A stretch of DNA of 64,000 nucleotides from positions 278,330 to 342,329 of the forward strand of contig CAZEAY010000001.1 in assembly GCA_964510655.1 (NCBI GenBank), written 5' to 3'. The DNA comes from an uncultured Candidatus Saccharibacteria bacterium. Its GTDB lineage: Bacteria > Patescibacteriota > Minisyncoccia > Phycocordibacterales > XYD1-FULL-46-19. Positions 23,436 to 34,115 of this stretch are shown here, piece after piece; positions within the stretch are counted from its first letter, which is position 1; each line of letters starts with the position of its first letter. The notes beneath the pieces were generated by a model. It was not told the DNA's origin, ran no database searches, and saw only the letters and a list, made by a program, of their open reading frames with translations. The translations under genes were made by a program, and so were the position numbers.

Positions 23436-23813
23436 TCATTTAAAAATATTATTCAACCGCCGTGATAAACTAAGATCTAATTCCGTACTGCCATTTATAG
23501 TGATTCGTACTCCTGCCACCAAAGTAGGATTGATTTTCTGCCGAAAGACATCCTGAGCCCCAAACTGTGACTTAAGTCTTAAATTCTCAGATTCTGGTAA
23601 AACCCTAGCTGTTTCCAACAAAACCACCCGCCCACCAGCTTTAGCCACCAAAATATTTTCCAAATGTTCCGTAATCTTATCTAGATAAACCAAGTCCCCA
23701 TTTTTAGCCAGTAAGGCTTTAAAATTATTCACAATCAAATCCTGTTCGAGATCAGTAGATTGTGCTATTACCGCACTCAGGGCTTTGGCATAAATAAATG
23801 GAGAATATTTCAT
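23436..23813 (-). CDS. atpH: F1 ATP synthase delta subunit (short)
   Basis: YAKAL N-terminus, INPTLVAGVRI..ELDLSLSRRL C-terminal OSCP-like motif; operon position. Confidence 0.85.
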   Translation of the reverse strand: MKYSPFIYAKALSAVIAQSTDLEQDLIVNNFKALLAKNGDLVYLDKITEHLENILVAKAGGRVVLLETARVLPESENLRLKSQFGAQDVFRQKINPTLVAGVRITINGSTELDLSLSRRLNNIFK

Positions 23814-23820
23814 AAATCCG

Positions 23821-24324
23821 CTAAATTTTATCTTTAATTAGATTGACCGCTTGAGTAATCAGTTTTTTATCTACCTCCAGAGGGTCAATTGCTACCGCTT
23901 GCGAGATCGCCTCTTTAACAATTTGAGCGGCCTCGCGAGAAAGATTATCTAATTCTTCAGTTCTTCGCCTTAAAGACACCTGTTCAGCCTCCTTTAAAAT
24001 ATTTTCGCCTTTTTCTATGGCTAAGGAAACAATTTCTTGTCCACGAGCATTAGCCTTAGCCTCGGCTCCACCCACAATCTTCATCGCGACAATATCAGCT
24101 TCACGCAATTTTTCTTCCTTAAGAGACTCAGCTTCACGCAATTTTTCTTCAGCCAATTCTGCTCCCGAAATACCAAATTCGATTTTTTTTCTTCGCTCCT
24201 CAATAGCTTTCATTAGGGGTTTATAAACAAATAGGGTTAAAACCACTAATAGCACGACAAAATTTACCGCCTGAGCGATCAGCATTGGTAAATTAATCCC
24301 CAACTGTCCAAAAAGATCCCCCAT
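23821..24324 (-). CDS. atpF: Fo ATP synthase b subunit
   Basis: LGIN..LIAQAVNF..YKPLMKAIEERRKKI followed by a coiled coil. Confidence 0.93.
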   Translation of the reverse strand: MGDLFGQLGINLPMLIAQAVNFVVLLVVLTLFVYKPLMKAIEERRKKIEFGISGAELAEEKLREAESLKEEKLREADIVAMKIVGGAEAKANARGQEIVSLAIEKGENILKEAEQVSLRRRTEELDNLSREAAQIVKEAISQAVAIDPLEVDKKLITQAVNLIKDKI

Positions 24325-24332
24325 AATAAAAA

Positions 24333-24560
24333 TTAAACAAATTTAATAATCAAAGAAACAACCAAAGCATAAATAGCAATCGCTTCAGCAAAAGCGAGAG
24401 CCAAAATCATGGCAGTCTGAACTTTTGAAGTGGCTTCCGGATTACGACCAATTGCCTCAGTCGCCTTAGAACCAATCAAACCAATAGCGATCGCTGGGGC
24501 AATCGTACCAATCGCCATAATGAGAGCTACGGCAATCAATTTAATACTGTTTACATCCAT
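24333..24560 (-). CDS. atpE: Fo ATP synthase c subunit
   Basis: Two TM helices, GRNPEA loop, FAEAIAIYALVV with the ion-binding Glu. Confidence 0.97.
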   Translation of the reverse strand: MDVNSIKLIAVALIMAIGTIAPAIAIGLIGSKATEAIGRNPEATSKVQTAMILALAFAEAIAIYALVVSLIIKFV

Positions 24561-24643
24561 AAATTTTTATCTAAAAACTTATTAATAATTATCTCGACTT
24601 ATTTTATAAAAATTACCAATCAATTTTTTTCATATTTATTTCA

Positions 24644-25420
24644 TTAATGAGTAATTTTTAATTGGGGTTCATGTTCAGCATGATCAGTCACCGACATAGC
24701 AATAAAAACCAATACTAGCATACTAAAGATGAAGGCTTGGATAAAACCCACAAATACTTCCAAGAATAAAAACGGTAACGGAATAGCATAAGGAGCCAAA
24801 AAACCAACAATGCCCAACAAAACTTCTCCAGCAAAAACATTACCGAAAAGCCGAAAAGAAAAAGAGATAATTTTAACAAACTCCGATAACAATTCAAGCA
24901 GGCCGACAAAAGTATAGATAGGATTTTTTAAGGTAAAAAACTTATTGGCATATTTTTTGAGACCTAAGGCTAAAATACCAAAAGCTTGAATAAACAACAT
25001 CGAGATTGTCGCCAGAGCAATCGTAAAATTTAAATCTGCCCCCGGCGCACGAAATAGAGGGATAAATTTTATTCCCCCCCCCATCTCACCAGCCTCCTGA
25101 ATCATTAGCGAACCTACTCCTGGCAAAAGACCTAACCAATTAGACAGCAAGATAAACAAGAAGACGGTGGCGACGACGGGAAAATATTTTTCCGACTTAG
25201 AACGATCTCCCAGTAAACCATCCATTAAGCCCAGCAACTGCTCCAACATTAGCTCAAAAATACTTTGCAATTTCCCGGGAATAAGAGCGATTTTATTTTT
25301 TAAATCAAAGGCAATGGCAATTAAAATAATAAAAGAAATGGTCGATAACAAATATGAATTTGTTAGAACAAATTGTCCAAAATGTAAAATAGGTTCAGCT
25401 TTAATAGAAATTTCTGGCAT
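24644..25420 (-). CDS. atpB: Fo ATP synthase a subunit
   Basis: SNWLGLLPG, SFSFRLFGNVFAGE, FIQAFIFSML; ATG taken at 25420. Confidence 0.96.
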   Translation of the reverse strand: MPEISIKAEPILHFGQFVLTNSYLLSTISFIILIAIAFDLKNKIALIPGKLQSIFELMLEQLLGLMDGLLGDRSKSEKYFPVVATVFLFILLSNWLGLLPGVGSLMIQEAGEMGGGIKFIPLFRAPGADLNFTIALATISMLFIQAFGILALGLKKYANKFFTLKNPIYTFVGLLELLSEFVKIISFSFRLFGNVFAGEVLLGIVGFLAPYAIPLPFLFLEVFVGFIQAFIFSMLVLVFIAMSVTDHAEHEPQLKITH

Positions 25421-25582
25421 ACTTTCAATTACAAAAAATAAAACGCCTAATTTAGGTGTATCGATGTTAGGCAAAAAACAAATACGCCCAACAAAAACAC
25501 CCCCATTGTATTACAAAGAGAAAAAGTCTTCTAGACTTTACAAAAAAAGCTATTGTGTTAGAGAAAAGACTCTAAAATAAGA

Positions 25583-25807
25583 CTATTTTCTAAGGATTAA
25601 CCAGGTACGCCACAAGTTAACCAAAACAAGGAGACCACCCACAATGAGCAGCGGCCAAAGATACTTCAAAGTTTCAATCAGAAAAGATAAAGACGCTAGT
25701 TCAAATAAAATAGTATAAATCAAGAAAAGACTAACAAAATAAGCAATTGAAGTTAATTGTTCACGAAACAATATATTAATTCTTTTTTTATTTTTCACCC
25801 TAATCAT
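25583..25807 (-). CDS. Small two-TM hypothetical protein
   Basis: 74-aa ORF with two hydrophobic segments, co-oriented with uppP. Confidence 0.45.
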   Translation of the reverse strand: MIRVKNKKRINILFREQLTSIAYFVSLFLIYTILFELASLSFLIETLKYLWPLLIVGGLLVLVNLWRTWLILRK

Positions 25808-25815
25808 TTTTTTAA

Positions 25816-26601
25816 TTAAACCAGATAAAGCCAGAAAAATAAAGCAATCAATATACGGTAAACACCAAACAAAATAAAATTATGCTGACGAACAAATCTT
25901 AACAAAAATTTGATCGCCACTAAAGCCACCAAAAAAGAAACAGTAAAGCCAATCGATAAAACCTTAAATTCTGCCAAGGAAAAGGCTTGATAATTTTTTA
26001 GCAAATCCAAACCGGTCGCCGCCGCCATTGTCGGTACCGCCAACAAAAAGGAAAATTCCACAATCGTTCGGCGCTTAAGCCCTAGCCATAAACCACCAAT
26101 AATAGTGGCCGCCGAACGTGAAACTCCTGGGACAATAGCGATCGATTGAAATAATCCAATCAGCAACGCTTGGATATTGGTAATTTGTTCTAGCTCGTTA
26201 ACTTCAAGCTTAGTCACCTGATCAGCCGTCTTTCTTTCCCGCCACCACTCAAAGAAAATGATAAAAAGACCACCCAAAAACAGAGACCAGACAACGACCG
26301 TAAAGCTACCCAAAAAATAAGTCTTAATTATTTTATATAAAGCCAGACCAATAGTTGCCGTTGGTAAAAAGGCAACAAAGAGTTTCTTTAACATCTCCAG
26401 ACGCCACAATTCTTTCCAGTATAAAACCACTACTGCCAAAATCGCTCCCAGTTGAATAATAATCTCAAAACTTTTTAAAAAATCGGACTGGTTAATTTTT
26501 AATATCTGTGAGGCCAAAATCAAGTGCCCAGTCGAAGAAATCGGTAAAAACTCGGTAATTCCTTCGACAATCCCTAAAATAATTGCATGAAGAATGGTCA
26601 T
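25816..26601 (-). CDS. uppP: Undecaprenyl-diphosphate phosphatase
   Basis: GIVEGITEFLPISSTGHL, IQLGAILAV, PGVSRSAATI, EFSFLLAVP. Confidence 0.97.
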   Translation of the reverse strand: MTILHAIILGIVEGITEFLPISSTGHLILASQILKINQSDFLKSFEIIIQLGAILAVVVLYWKELWRLEMLKKLFVAFLPTATIGLALYKIIKTYFLGSFTVVVWSLFLGGLFIIFFEWWRERKTADQVTKLEVNELEQITNIQALLIGLFQSIAIVPGVSRSAATIIGGLWLGLKRRTIVEFSFLLAVPTMAAATGLDLLKNYQAFSLAEFKVLSIGFTVSFLVALVAIKFLLRFVRQHNFILFGVYRILIALFFWLYLV

Positions 26602-26602
26602 C

Positions 26603-27613
26603 TTATTTAAGATCAACAATATTTATCAACTGGCCTTCAGTAAAACCCTTAATATTTTCAATTGTCGTATTAATAATCCGCTCAATCGCTTCTTGAGTAT
26701 TAAAGGCATTATGGGGGGTGATAATTACCCGTGGATGATCAATCAGATAATGATTCTCTAAAATTGTTTTTAAACTTTCTTCACTAGGGTGAGCATTATT
26801 TAATAAAGACAACTCATCAATCAAAAAGTTTTCTTCTTCTAAAACATCTAGGCCGGCGCCAGCTAAATTACCATCTTGCAAACCCCTGATCAACGCCGAG
26901 GTATCCACCAGTCCCCCGCGAGCCGTATTGATCAAGTAAGAACCTTTTTTAATCTTACCGACATTTTCTAAATTAATTAAGTGATGAGTGGCTGGCATAT
27001 AGGGGGCATGGAGAGAAATAACATCAGAATTGGCTAAAAGTTCATCCAACTCAACATACTTAACACCAAAATCCTTGATCGCCTGTTCATTGGGAAATTT
27101 ATCATAAGCCAAAATATTCATTTCAAAACCGCGAGCTATCCGTGCCGAATGTATTCCAATTCGTCCCAAGCCCACAATTCCAATCGTCTTACCTTTCAAG
27201 TCAAAACCTTTCAGACCAGCGGGAGAAAATTTTCCTCCCTGTTCAATTTGTTTATAGGATTCGTAGATTTTGCGCGACAAACACAAGAGAAGAGCAAAAG
27301 CTTGTTCAGCGACCGTATTTTCCCCATAACTTGGAACGTTGGACACCTTAATTCCCCGCCTTGAGGCTTCTGCTAGATCGATATGATCAAAACCGGTTGA
27401 GCGCGTGGCAATAAATTTTAATTTAGGGAAACGATCCATTTCCGCCGGACCGATTTTTGTATTTACAAAAATAGAAATAACCTCTGCTTCATCATCACGA
27501 AGATCTGGATTATCCTCTAATCGATTCGGTAGAAATTTCACCTCTACGCCCGTAAGTCTTGAACTGACATATTCTTCCTCCCACTTTTCTGCTTGGAAAT
27601 AAATTATTTTCAT
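26603..27613 (-). CDS. D-isomer-specific 2-hydroxyacid dehydrogenase (probable D-lactate dehydrogenase)
   Basis: RSTGFDHID, NVPSYG, GLGRIG Rossmann motif, INTARGGLVD, GLDVLEEE, TPHNAF. Confidence 0.9.
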   Translation of the reverse strand: MKIIYFQAEKWEEEYVSSRLTGVEVKFLPNRLEDNPDLRDDEAEVISIFVNTKIGPAEMDRFPKLKFIATRSTGFDHIDLAEASRRGIKVSNVPSYGENTVAEQAFALLLCLSRKIYESYKQIEQGGKFSPAGLKGFDLKGKTIGIVGLGRIGIHSARIARGFEMNILAYDKFPNEQAIKDFGVKYVELDELLANSDVISLHAPYMPATHHLINLENVGKIKKGSYLINTARGGLVDTSALIRGLQDGNLAGAGLDVLEEENFLIDELSLLNNAHPSEESLKTILENHYLIDHPRVIITPHNAFNTQEAIERIINTTIENIKGFTEGQLINIVDLK

Positions 27614-27655
27614 TTTTTTCAATTAAAATTATGTTTAAATTATAGCAAACACAAA

Positions 27656-27694
27656 CTCAAACAAAAAGCGGGTCTTCCCCGCTTTTTGTTTGAG
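27656..27694. terminator. Intrinsic terminator downstream of ppsA
   Basis: CTCAAACAAAAAGCGGG-TCTTC-CCCGCTTTTTGTTTGAG inverted repeat. Confidence 0.8.
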
Positions 27695-27767
27695 AAATAT
27701 TAGTTTACTGAGCTGGTTTAGCAACCCGCCCAAATTTTGAATAAATTTTTTTCGGACAAGCGTTTTG

Positions 27768-30221
27768 CTATACCTTAGGTGGTAGAGATACATTATGTTT
27801 TTCCACTTTTTCTCTCTGCACCTCTTCTTCTTTTGCTACTTCAAACATCATCGGCACCACCGTGTCAGGGTTAAGTGAGACTGATTCAATTCCCTCCGAA
27901 ATCAAGAAGCGGAGGAAATCTGGATAATCAGAAGGTGCCTGACCACAGAAACCAATGTATTTACCTCGACGACGGCAAGCCCGAATGGCTTCAGAAATAA
28001 GCAGTTTCACCGCCGGGTCTTTTTCGTTAGAAATACCCGCCACCACACCAGAATCACGGTCCAGACCTAAGGTTAGTTGAGCTAAGTCATTAGAGCCAAT
28101 TGAAAAACCATCAAAAATATCCAAAAATTCTTCAGCCCTAAGTACATTGGCTGGAATTTCACACATTACCATCACCTTGAGATCATTTACTCCGCTCTGC
28201 AAGCCAAATTCTTTCATCACGGCCAAACATTTCTTACCTTCATCAGGAGTACGACAAAACGGAATCATTACTTGCAAATTAGTCAAACCAAATTTTTCTC
28301 GGACACGCAATACGGCTTCACATTCTAAACGAAAAGATTCTTTAAAATTTGGATGGTAATAACGCGAAGCCCCCCGCCAACCAATCATTGGGTTTTCTTC
28401 TTTTGGTTCATAAGCTGTGCCACCCAAAAGGGTAGCGTATTCATTGGTTTTAAAATCCGAGAAGCGAACAATTACTGGATTAGGATAAAACGCCGCCGCA
28501 ATTTGGGAAATCCCCTCCGCTAATTTTTGCACATAAAACTCTACCTTATCTGGATAACCAGCGGTCAAAGCATCAATTTTCTTTTTTAATCTTTGGTCCT
28601 TCAGTTTTTTGTAATCCAACAAGGCACCCGGATGAACTTTAATATGAGAAGCAATAATAAATTCTTCGCGCGCCAGACCTACCCCTTTGTTTGGCAAAAA
28701 AGAATGAACAAAAGCACTTTCCGGATTACCGACATTGAGACAGACCTTGGTTGTGGTTTTAGGGATATTACTTAAATTATATTTCTTTTCATCCCAAGCC
28801 AATTTTCCTTTCCAAACACGGCCAACTGAACCAGACGAAGTATCGACAGTTAAAATATCACCGGTTTTTATTTTTCCCAAAACGCCAGCTACTCCAATCA
28901 CCGCCGGGATACCTAACTCACGCGAGACAATCGCCGCATGACTTGTCCGACCTCCTTTTTCCGTAATAATCGCCGCTGATTTTTTCATAATCGGCTCCCA
29001 ATCGGGGTCAGTGATTTCTGTCACCAAAATCTCGCCATCCTTAAATTCATGGAGTCTTTTTGTATCTAAAATAACTCGCGCCTTGCCACTAACAATTTTT
29101 GTCCCAACACAAATCCCCTCCACCACCAATTTCCCCTCCTCTTTCAATTTATATTCAGTAATTTCTAATACATTATGAACAGACTGCACTGTTTCGGGAC
29201 GCGCTTGAACGATAAACAATTCTCCCGTGGTACCATCTTTTGCCCATTCCGTATCCATCGGCATCGGTTTACCAGCTCGCTCGGAATAATGCTCCTCAAT
29301 TTTCACTCCCCAACGCGCTAAAGTTAAAACTTCTTCGTCAGAAAGAGTAAACTGATTACGCATTTTTTCTGGCGTCGCAATGACCTTTACTGGCTTAGGG
29401 CCGGTCTGATAGACCATCATATTTTTTTTCTCACCAATATTTTTCTTAATAATTGGAGAGAAACCTGTTTTTAAAGTCGGTTTAAAAACCATAAATTCAT
29501 CTGGGGTAACTTGACCTTGAACCACCATCTCACCCAAACCCCAAGAACTAGAAATTACCACGGCATCACGGAAACCCGATTCCGTATCAAGAGTAAACAT
29601 CACCCCCGAACAACCCTTATCCGAACGAACCATTTTTTGCACGCCAACTGACAAAGCAATATCAAAATGGTTATAACCCTTGTCTACTCGATAAGAAATG
29701 GCGCGATCAGTAAACAGCGAGGCAATATCTTTTTTAATCGCCATCATTAAAGCCTTATCCCCTTTGATATTCAAATAGGTCTCATGCTCACCAGCAAATG
29801 AAGCATCAAGTGAATCTTCGGCCGTCGCTGAGGACCGAACAGCCACATCAACTTCTTTAACCCGATAGTGAGATGACAATTCTGCGTAAGCGGCTTTAAT
29901 TTCAGCAACCAGGTCATCAGGTAAATTCTTTTTCATGATTGTCTCACGAATTTTTTTACCTTTAGTCTGAAGTTGACGAATATTTTCCGTATTTAAGTCT
30001 TTTAATTCTTCACGAATAAAGTCCATCAGGCCGGTATCTTTCATAAATTTCCGATAAGCCTGTGCCGTAATAGCAAAACCATTGGGAATATTTATTCCTT
30101 GTGGAACTAAGGCATTATACATCTCTCCAAGCGAGGCATTTTTACCGCCAACAATCGGTGTATCATCTGACGAAAGATCCTTATACCACAAAACATTCTT
30201 CCCAATTTTACTTTGGTCCAT
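27768..30221 (-). CDS. ppsA: Phosphoenolpyruvate synthase
   Basis: VGGKNASLGEM, AVRSSATAED, GGRTSHAAIVSRELG (phospho-His), EENPMIGWRGASRY, FSIGSNDL. Confidence 0.97.
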   Translation of the reverse strand: MDQSKIGKNVLWYKDLSSDDTPIVGGKNASLGEMYNALVPQGINIPNGFAITAQAYRKFMKDTGLMDFIREELKDLNTENIRQLQTKGKKIRETIMKKNLPDDLVAEIKAAYAELSSHYRVKEVDVAVRSSATAEDSLDASFAGEHETYLNIKGDKALMMAIKKDIASLFTDRAISYRVDKGYNHFDIALSVGVQKMVRSDKGCSGVMFTLDTESGFRDAVVISSSWGLGEMVVQGQVTPDEFMVFKPTLKTGFSPIIKKNIGEKKNMMVYQTGPKPVKVIATPEKMRNQFTLSDEEVLTLARWGVKIEEHYSERAGKPMPMDTEWAKDGTTGELFIVQARPETVQSVHNVLEITEYKLKEEGKLVVEGICVGTKIVSGKARVILDTKRLHEFKDGEILVTEITDPDWEPIMKKSAAIITEKGGRTSHAAIVSRELGIPAVIGVAGVLGKIKTGDILTVDTSSGSVGRVWKGKLAWDEKKYNLSNIPKTTTKVCLNVGNPESAFVHSFLPNKGVGLAREEFIIASHIKVHPGALLDYKKLKDQRLKKKIDALTAGYPDKVEFYVQKLAEGISQIAAAFYPNPVIVRFSDFKTNEYATLLGGTAYEPKEENPMIGWRGASRYYHPNFKESFRLECEAVLRVREKFGLTNLQVMIPFCRTPDEGKKCLAVMKEFGLQSGVNDLKVMVMCEIPANVLRAEEFLDIFDGFSIGSNDLAQLTLGLDRDSGVVAGISNEKDPAVKLLISEAIRACRRRGKYIGFCGQAPSDYPDFLRFLISEGIESVSLNPDTVVPMMFEVAKEEEVQREKVEKHNVSLPPKV

Positions 30222-30259
30222 TTTTTGCAAAATTAATCCTATTAAAATTTTAAATGTAA

Positions 30260-31702
<1,443 letters not shown>

Positions 31703-31703
31703 C

Positions 31704-31750
31704 CAATAAAAAACCACCCGCCGGTAAGTTCCAGGGGTGGTTTTTTATTG
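31704..31750. terminator. Bidirectional intrinsic terminator
   Basis: CAATAAAAAACCACCC...GGGTGGTTTTTTATTG between convergent genes. Confidence 0.8.
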
Positions 31751-31758
31751 AAAGAAAA

Positions 31759-32274
31759 TTATCCAACCATCTTGATCAGTGAAACCAAAATAAAGAGAAA
31801 GATAATTTGCGCTCCCACTCCAGCAAAAATATTATTAATTTTAAATTTATCAGGACAATGAGTGAAACTGTGAAATTTTTGCAATGAAGCAGTAATCTTG
31901 TTCTGCCAAAATCCATACAATATCTGCAAATAGTCTGGTGACATTCCAGCCGTCGCTCCCAAAATAACAAGGCTAGTATTGGCAAACAAAGAACTGTGCC
32001 AAAAAAACCAGGCGAGAATAAATCCCAAAAGAGTATCGAGAACGACAATTGAAGCCTCTAAAAAGAATTTAGGACCGATCACTACCCGATCTAAGACAGT
32101 CAAAGAACCATTATTTTTTTCCTTAATCGAGGAAAAATATTTACCATAATCCCAGTGTGGAACCATATCAGACAAATAATGAGAAGCGACTCCGGCCGTA
32201 AAACCTAAAATAGGATGATTGGGAAAAAGTTGGGCCACTCCAGCCCCAACAATTGCGTGTGTTACTAAAATCAT
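31759..32274 (-). CDS. Membrane protein with His/Asp motifs (membrane-bound metal-dependent hydrolase-like)
   Basis: THAIVG, SHYLSDMVPHWD, PD, FHSFTH motifs within TM helices. Confidence 0.55.
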   Translation of the reverse strand: MILVTHAIVGAGVAQLFPNHPILGFTAGVASHYLSDMVPHWDYGKYFSSIKEKNNGSLTVLDRVVIGPKFFLEASIVVLDTLLGFILAWFFWHSSLFANTSLVILGATAGMSPDYLQILYGFWQNKITASLQKFHSFTHCPDKFKINNIFAGVGAQIIFLFILVSLIKMVG

Positions 32275-32276
32275 AG

Positions 32277-33497
32277 TTATATTTTATCTTTTAAAACATC
32301 AGAGGATGAGGAAACTTTAGTAATATCAACCATTATTGTTTTAACACTTTTTTCCACCAAAAGGAAATAGGGTGGATACGATATATTACTATCATCAATA
32401 GAAACTCGCTGACGACCCTCGAGAAGATTCTTAGCATCAACTGTTACTTTCAAATCACGACCGGTATCCAAGTTACGAAGATCACGATAATTACCAGACA
32501 AAGTTATATCAATTTTAGGTGGAAGAATTTCCCCCACCGAAAGATTTTTCGGTAAATACATTACCTCAATTGGGACAGTGTAAATTTCACTCGTCACTCC
32601 AATCTGATAAACGAAAGTAAACCACAAAACACAAGCCAAGAAGAAAGAGATAATTTTAGTAACCCAATTATTAAATACCCAAGATTTCCAGCTCAGGCCA
32701 GTATTGAGATCCAAATTCTCCTTAAGAAAACCAGCTACCTTTCCCTCTAATAAGACCTTATCATCGATATTGGTCAGCTCACCGTTTTCCGACCAAGAGA
32801 CCTCCCCTCTTTCCTCAGAGACGACAATTGCCACGGCGTCGGTTTTTTGGGTAATACCGGCAGCCGCCCGATGACGAGTACCAACACTGGCAAATTTATT
32901 AAACTTCTCGGCTAAGGGTAAATGTACCCCAAATTTTCTAATACGGTTATTGTCAATCACAATCGCCCCATCGTGACCTGGACTAGATGAATCAAAAATA
33001 GACAAAAGAAGTGGTCGTGACACCCGGCCGTCTAAATAAAAACCCCCTTCAATCACTGTGTCCAAATTATAATCACCTGGAAGAACGATAATGGCACCGA
33101 TTTTTTTGGCAGCCATCTCAAACACCGCATCGGCAATAGTTTTAGCTGAATCAGACGATAAAGCGATGCGGCGCTGAGTAATTAGACGCCGACCAGCCAC
33201 CGAAAACCACTCAAAGAAACGCCTGATTTCTCGTTGGAAAACCACGACAAAAAAGAGTAAAACAAAAGTCAGCAGCGGCTGGAAAATTAAACGAGTTAAG
33301 CTAAGATTTAACACTCGAGCTAAATAATTTACACCCAACAAAAACAAAAAGGCATAAACAATGAAATAAGATTTACTTTGTCTAATGAAGGCCAGGATCA
33401 GATAAATAATGACCGAGACAATAAGGATATCAATCAGATCTCTTAACTGAAAAGTGGGTAAATTAGCCAATATGTTGGATAGTTTAGAAAATATCAT
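32277..33497 (-). CDS. cdaA: Diadenylate cyclase CdaA fused to a CdaR/YbbR-like domain
   Basis: Three N-terminal TMs, VVFQREIRR, HDGAIVI (DGA), GTRHRAA (RHR), VSEERGEVS, then KIISFFLACVLW TM and a YbbR-like beta domain. Confidence 0.88.
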   Translation of the reverse strand: MIFSKLSNILANLPTFQLRDLIDILIVSVIIYLILAFIRQSKSYFIVYAFLFLLGVNYLARVLNLSLTRLIFQPLLTFVLLFFVVVFQREIRRFFEWFSVAGRRLITQRRIALSSDSAKTIADAVFEMAAKKIGAIIVLPGDYNLDTVIEGGFYLDGRVSRPLLLSIFDSSSPGHDGAIVIDNNRIRKFGVHLPLAEKFNKFASVGTRHRAAAGITQKTDAVAIVVSEERGEVSWSENGELTNIDDKVLLEGKVAGFLKENLDLNTGLSWKSWVFNNWVTKIISFFLACVLWFTFVYQIGVTSEIYTVPIEVMYLPKNLSVGEILPPKIDITLSGNYRDLRNLDTGRDLKVTVDAKNLLEGRQRVSIDDSNISYPPYFLLVEKSVKTIMVDITKVSSSSDVLKDKI

Positions 33498-33657
33498 AAT
33501 AGGTAAATTGAAATTAAATTAAGACTGTATTTTAACACAAACATAAAAACATAGGAAGAGGTGTAAAAATAACTCAAAATTTACCAATGGAGAGTCTTGT
33601 TTCTATTTACTAAAAGGTGGATAAATATTAATTGTAAAAAACATATTAAAGAATACA

Positions 33658-34063
33658 ATGGAACTAGATAAGATACGCGATGCATTTTTTGAGAGGAGGA
33701 AATCTCTCATGAGCAACTTCGTGTCACTAGAACAAGCCCTGGCAGAGACCCTCTCTTACATCAAGAAGGAGTTTGGTCTCGACTATTCCCCAACCCAGGG
33801 ACAAGAGATGCTCCAGCTCTATCTGGAATTGAGTGGGCCCGCCAGGTCGGGAACGCTTTCTCGCCGTCACCCCTTTTATAAAGGGTCAAGTGCTGATGGC
33901 TTGCAGTGCTGAAAACAAGTGGTTTTTCCAAGAACAAAACCCTGGCCGAACCCTAACCCTGACGGGATTATTGGATCACTGGTGTCTGAAACCAGATCCC
34001 GCCCACAGTGCAGCCGCCCGCTATCGGAATCACGACCTCAATCCAGTAGCAGAGGCCTGTTAA
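33658..34063 (+). pseudogene. Orphan gene split into two overlapping frames (possible +1 frameshift near 33870-33878); C-terminal part weakly DUF4032-like
   Basis: ORF 33658-33912 overlaps ORF 33833-34063; GC-richer than its flanks; hairpin terminator directly after 34063. Confidence 0.4.
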
Positions 34064-34065
34064 TA

Positions 34066-34105
34066 AAATGCCGTCCCAAAGATCATCGGGGCGGCACTTT
34101 TTTTA
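34066..34105 (+). terminator. Intrinsic terminator
   Basis: TGCCGTCCC...GGGGCGGCA followed by a T run. Confidence 0.65.
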
Positions 34106-34115
34106 ATTAAAAAGA

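Noticed and set aside
33498-33657. c-di-AMP (ydaO) riboswitch near cdaA
   Set aside because: The spacer is AT-rich and lacks the conserved GCUGAA / GGGGGA / CCGUCAGCUAA elements
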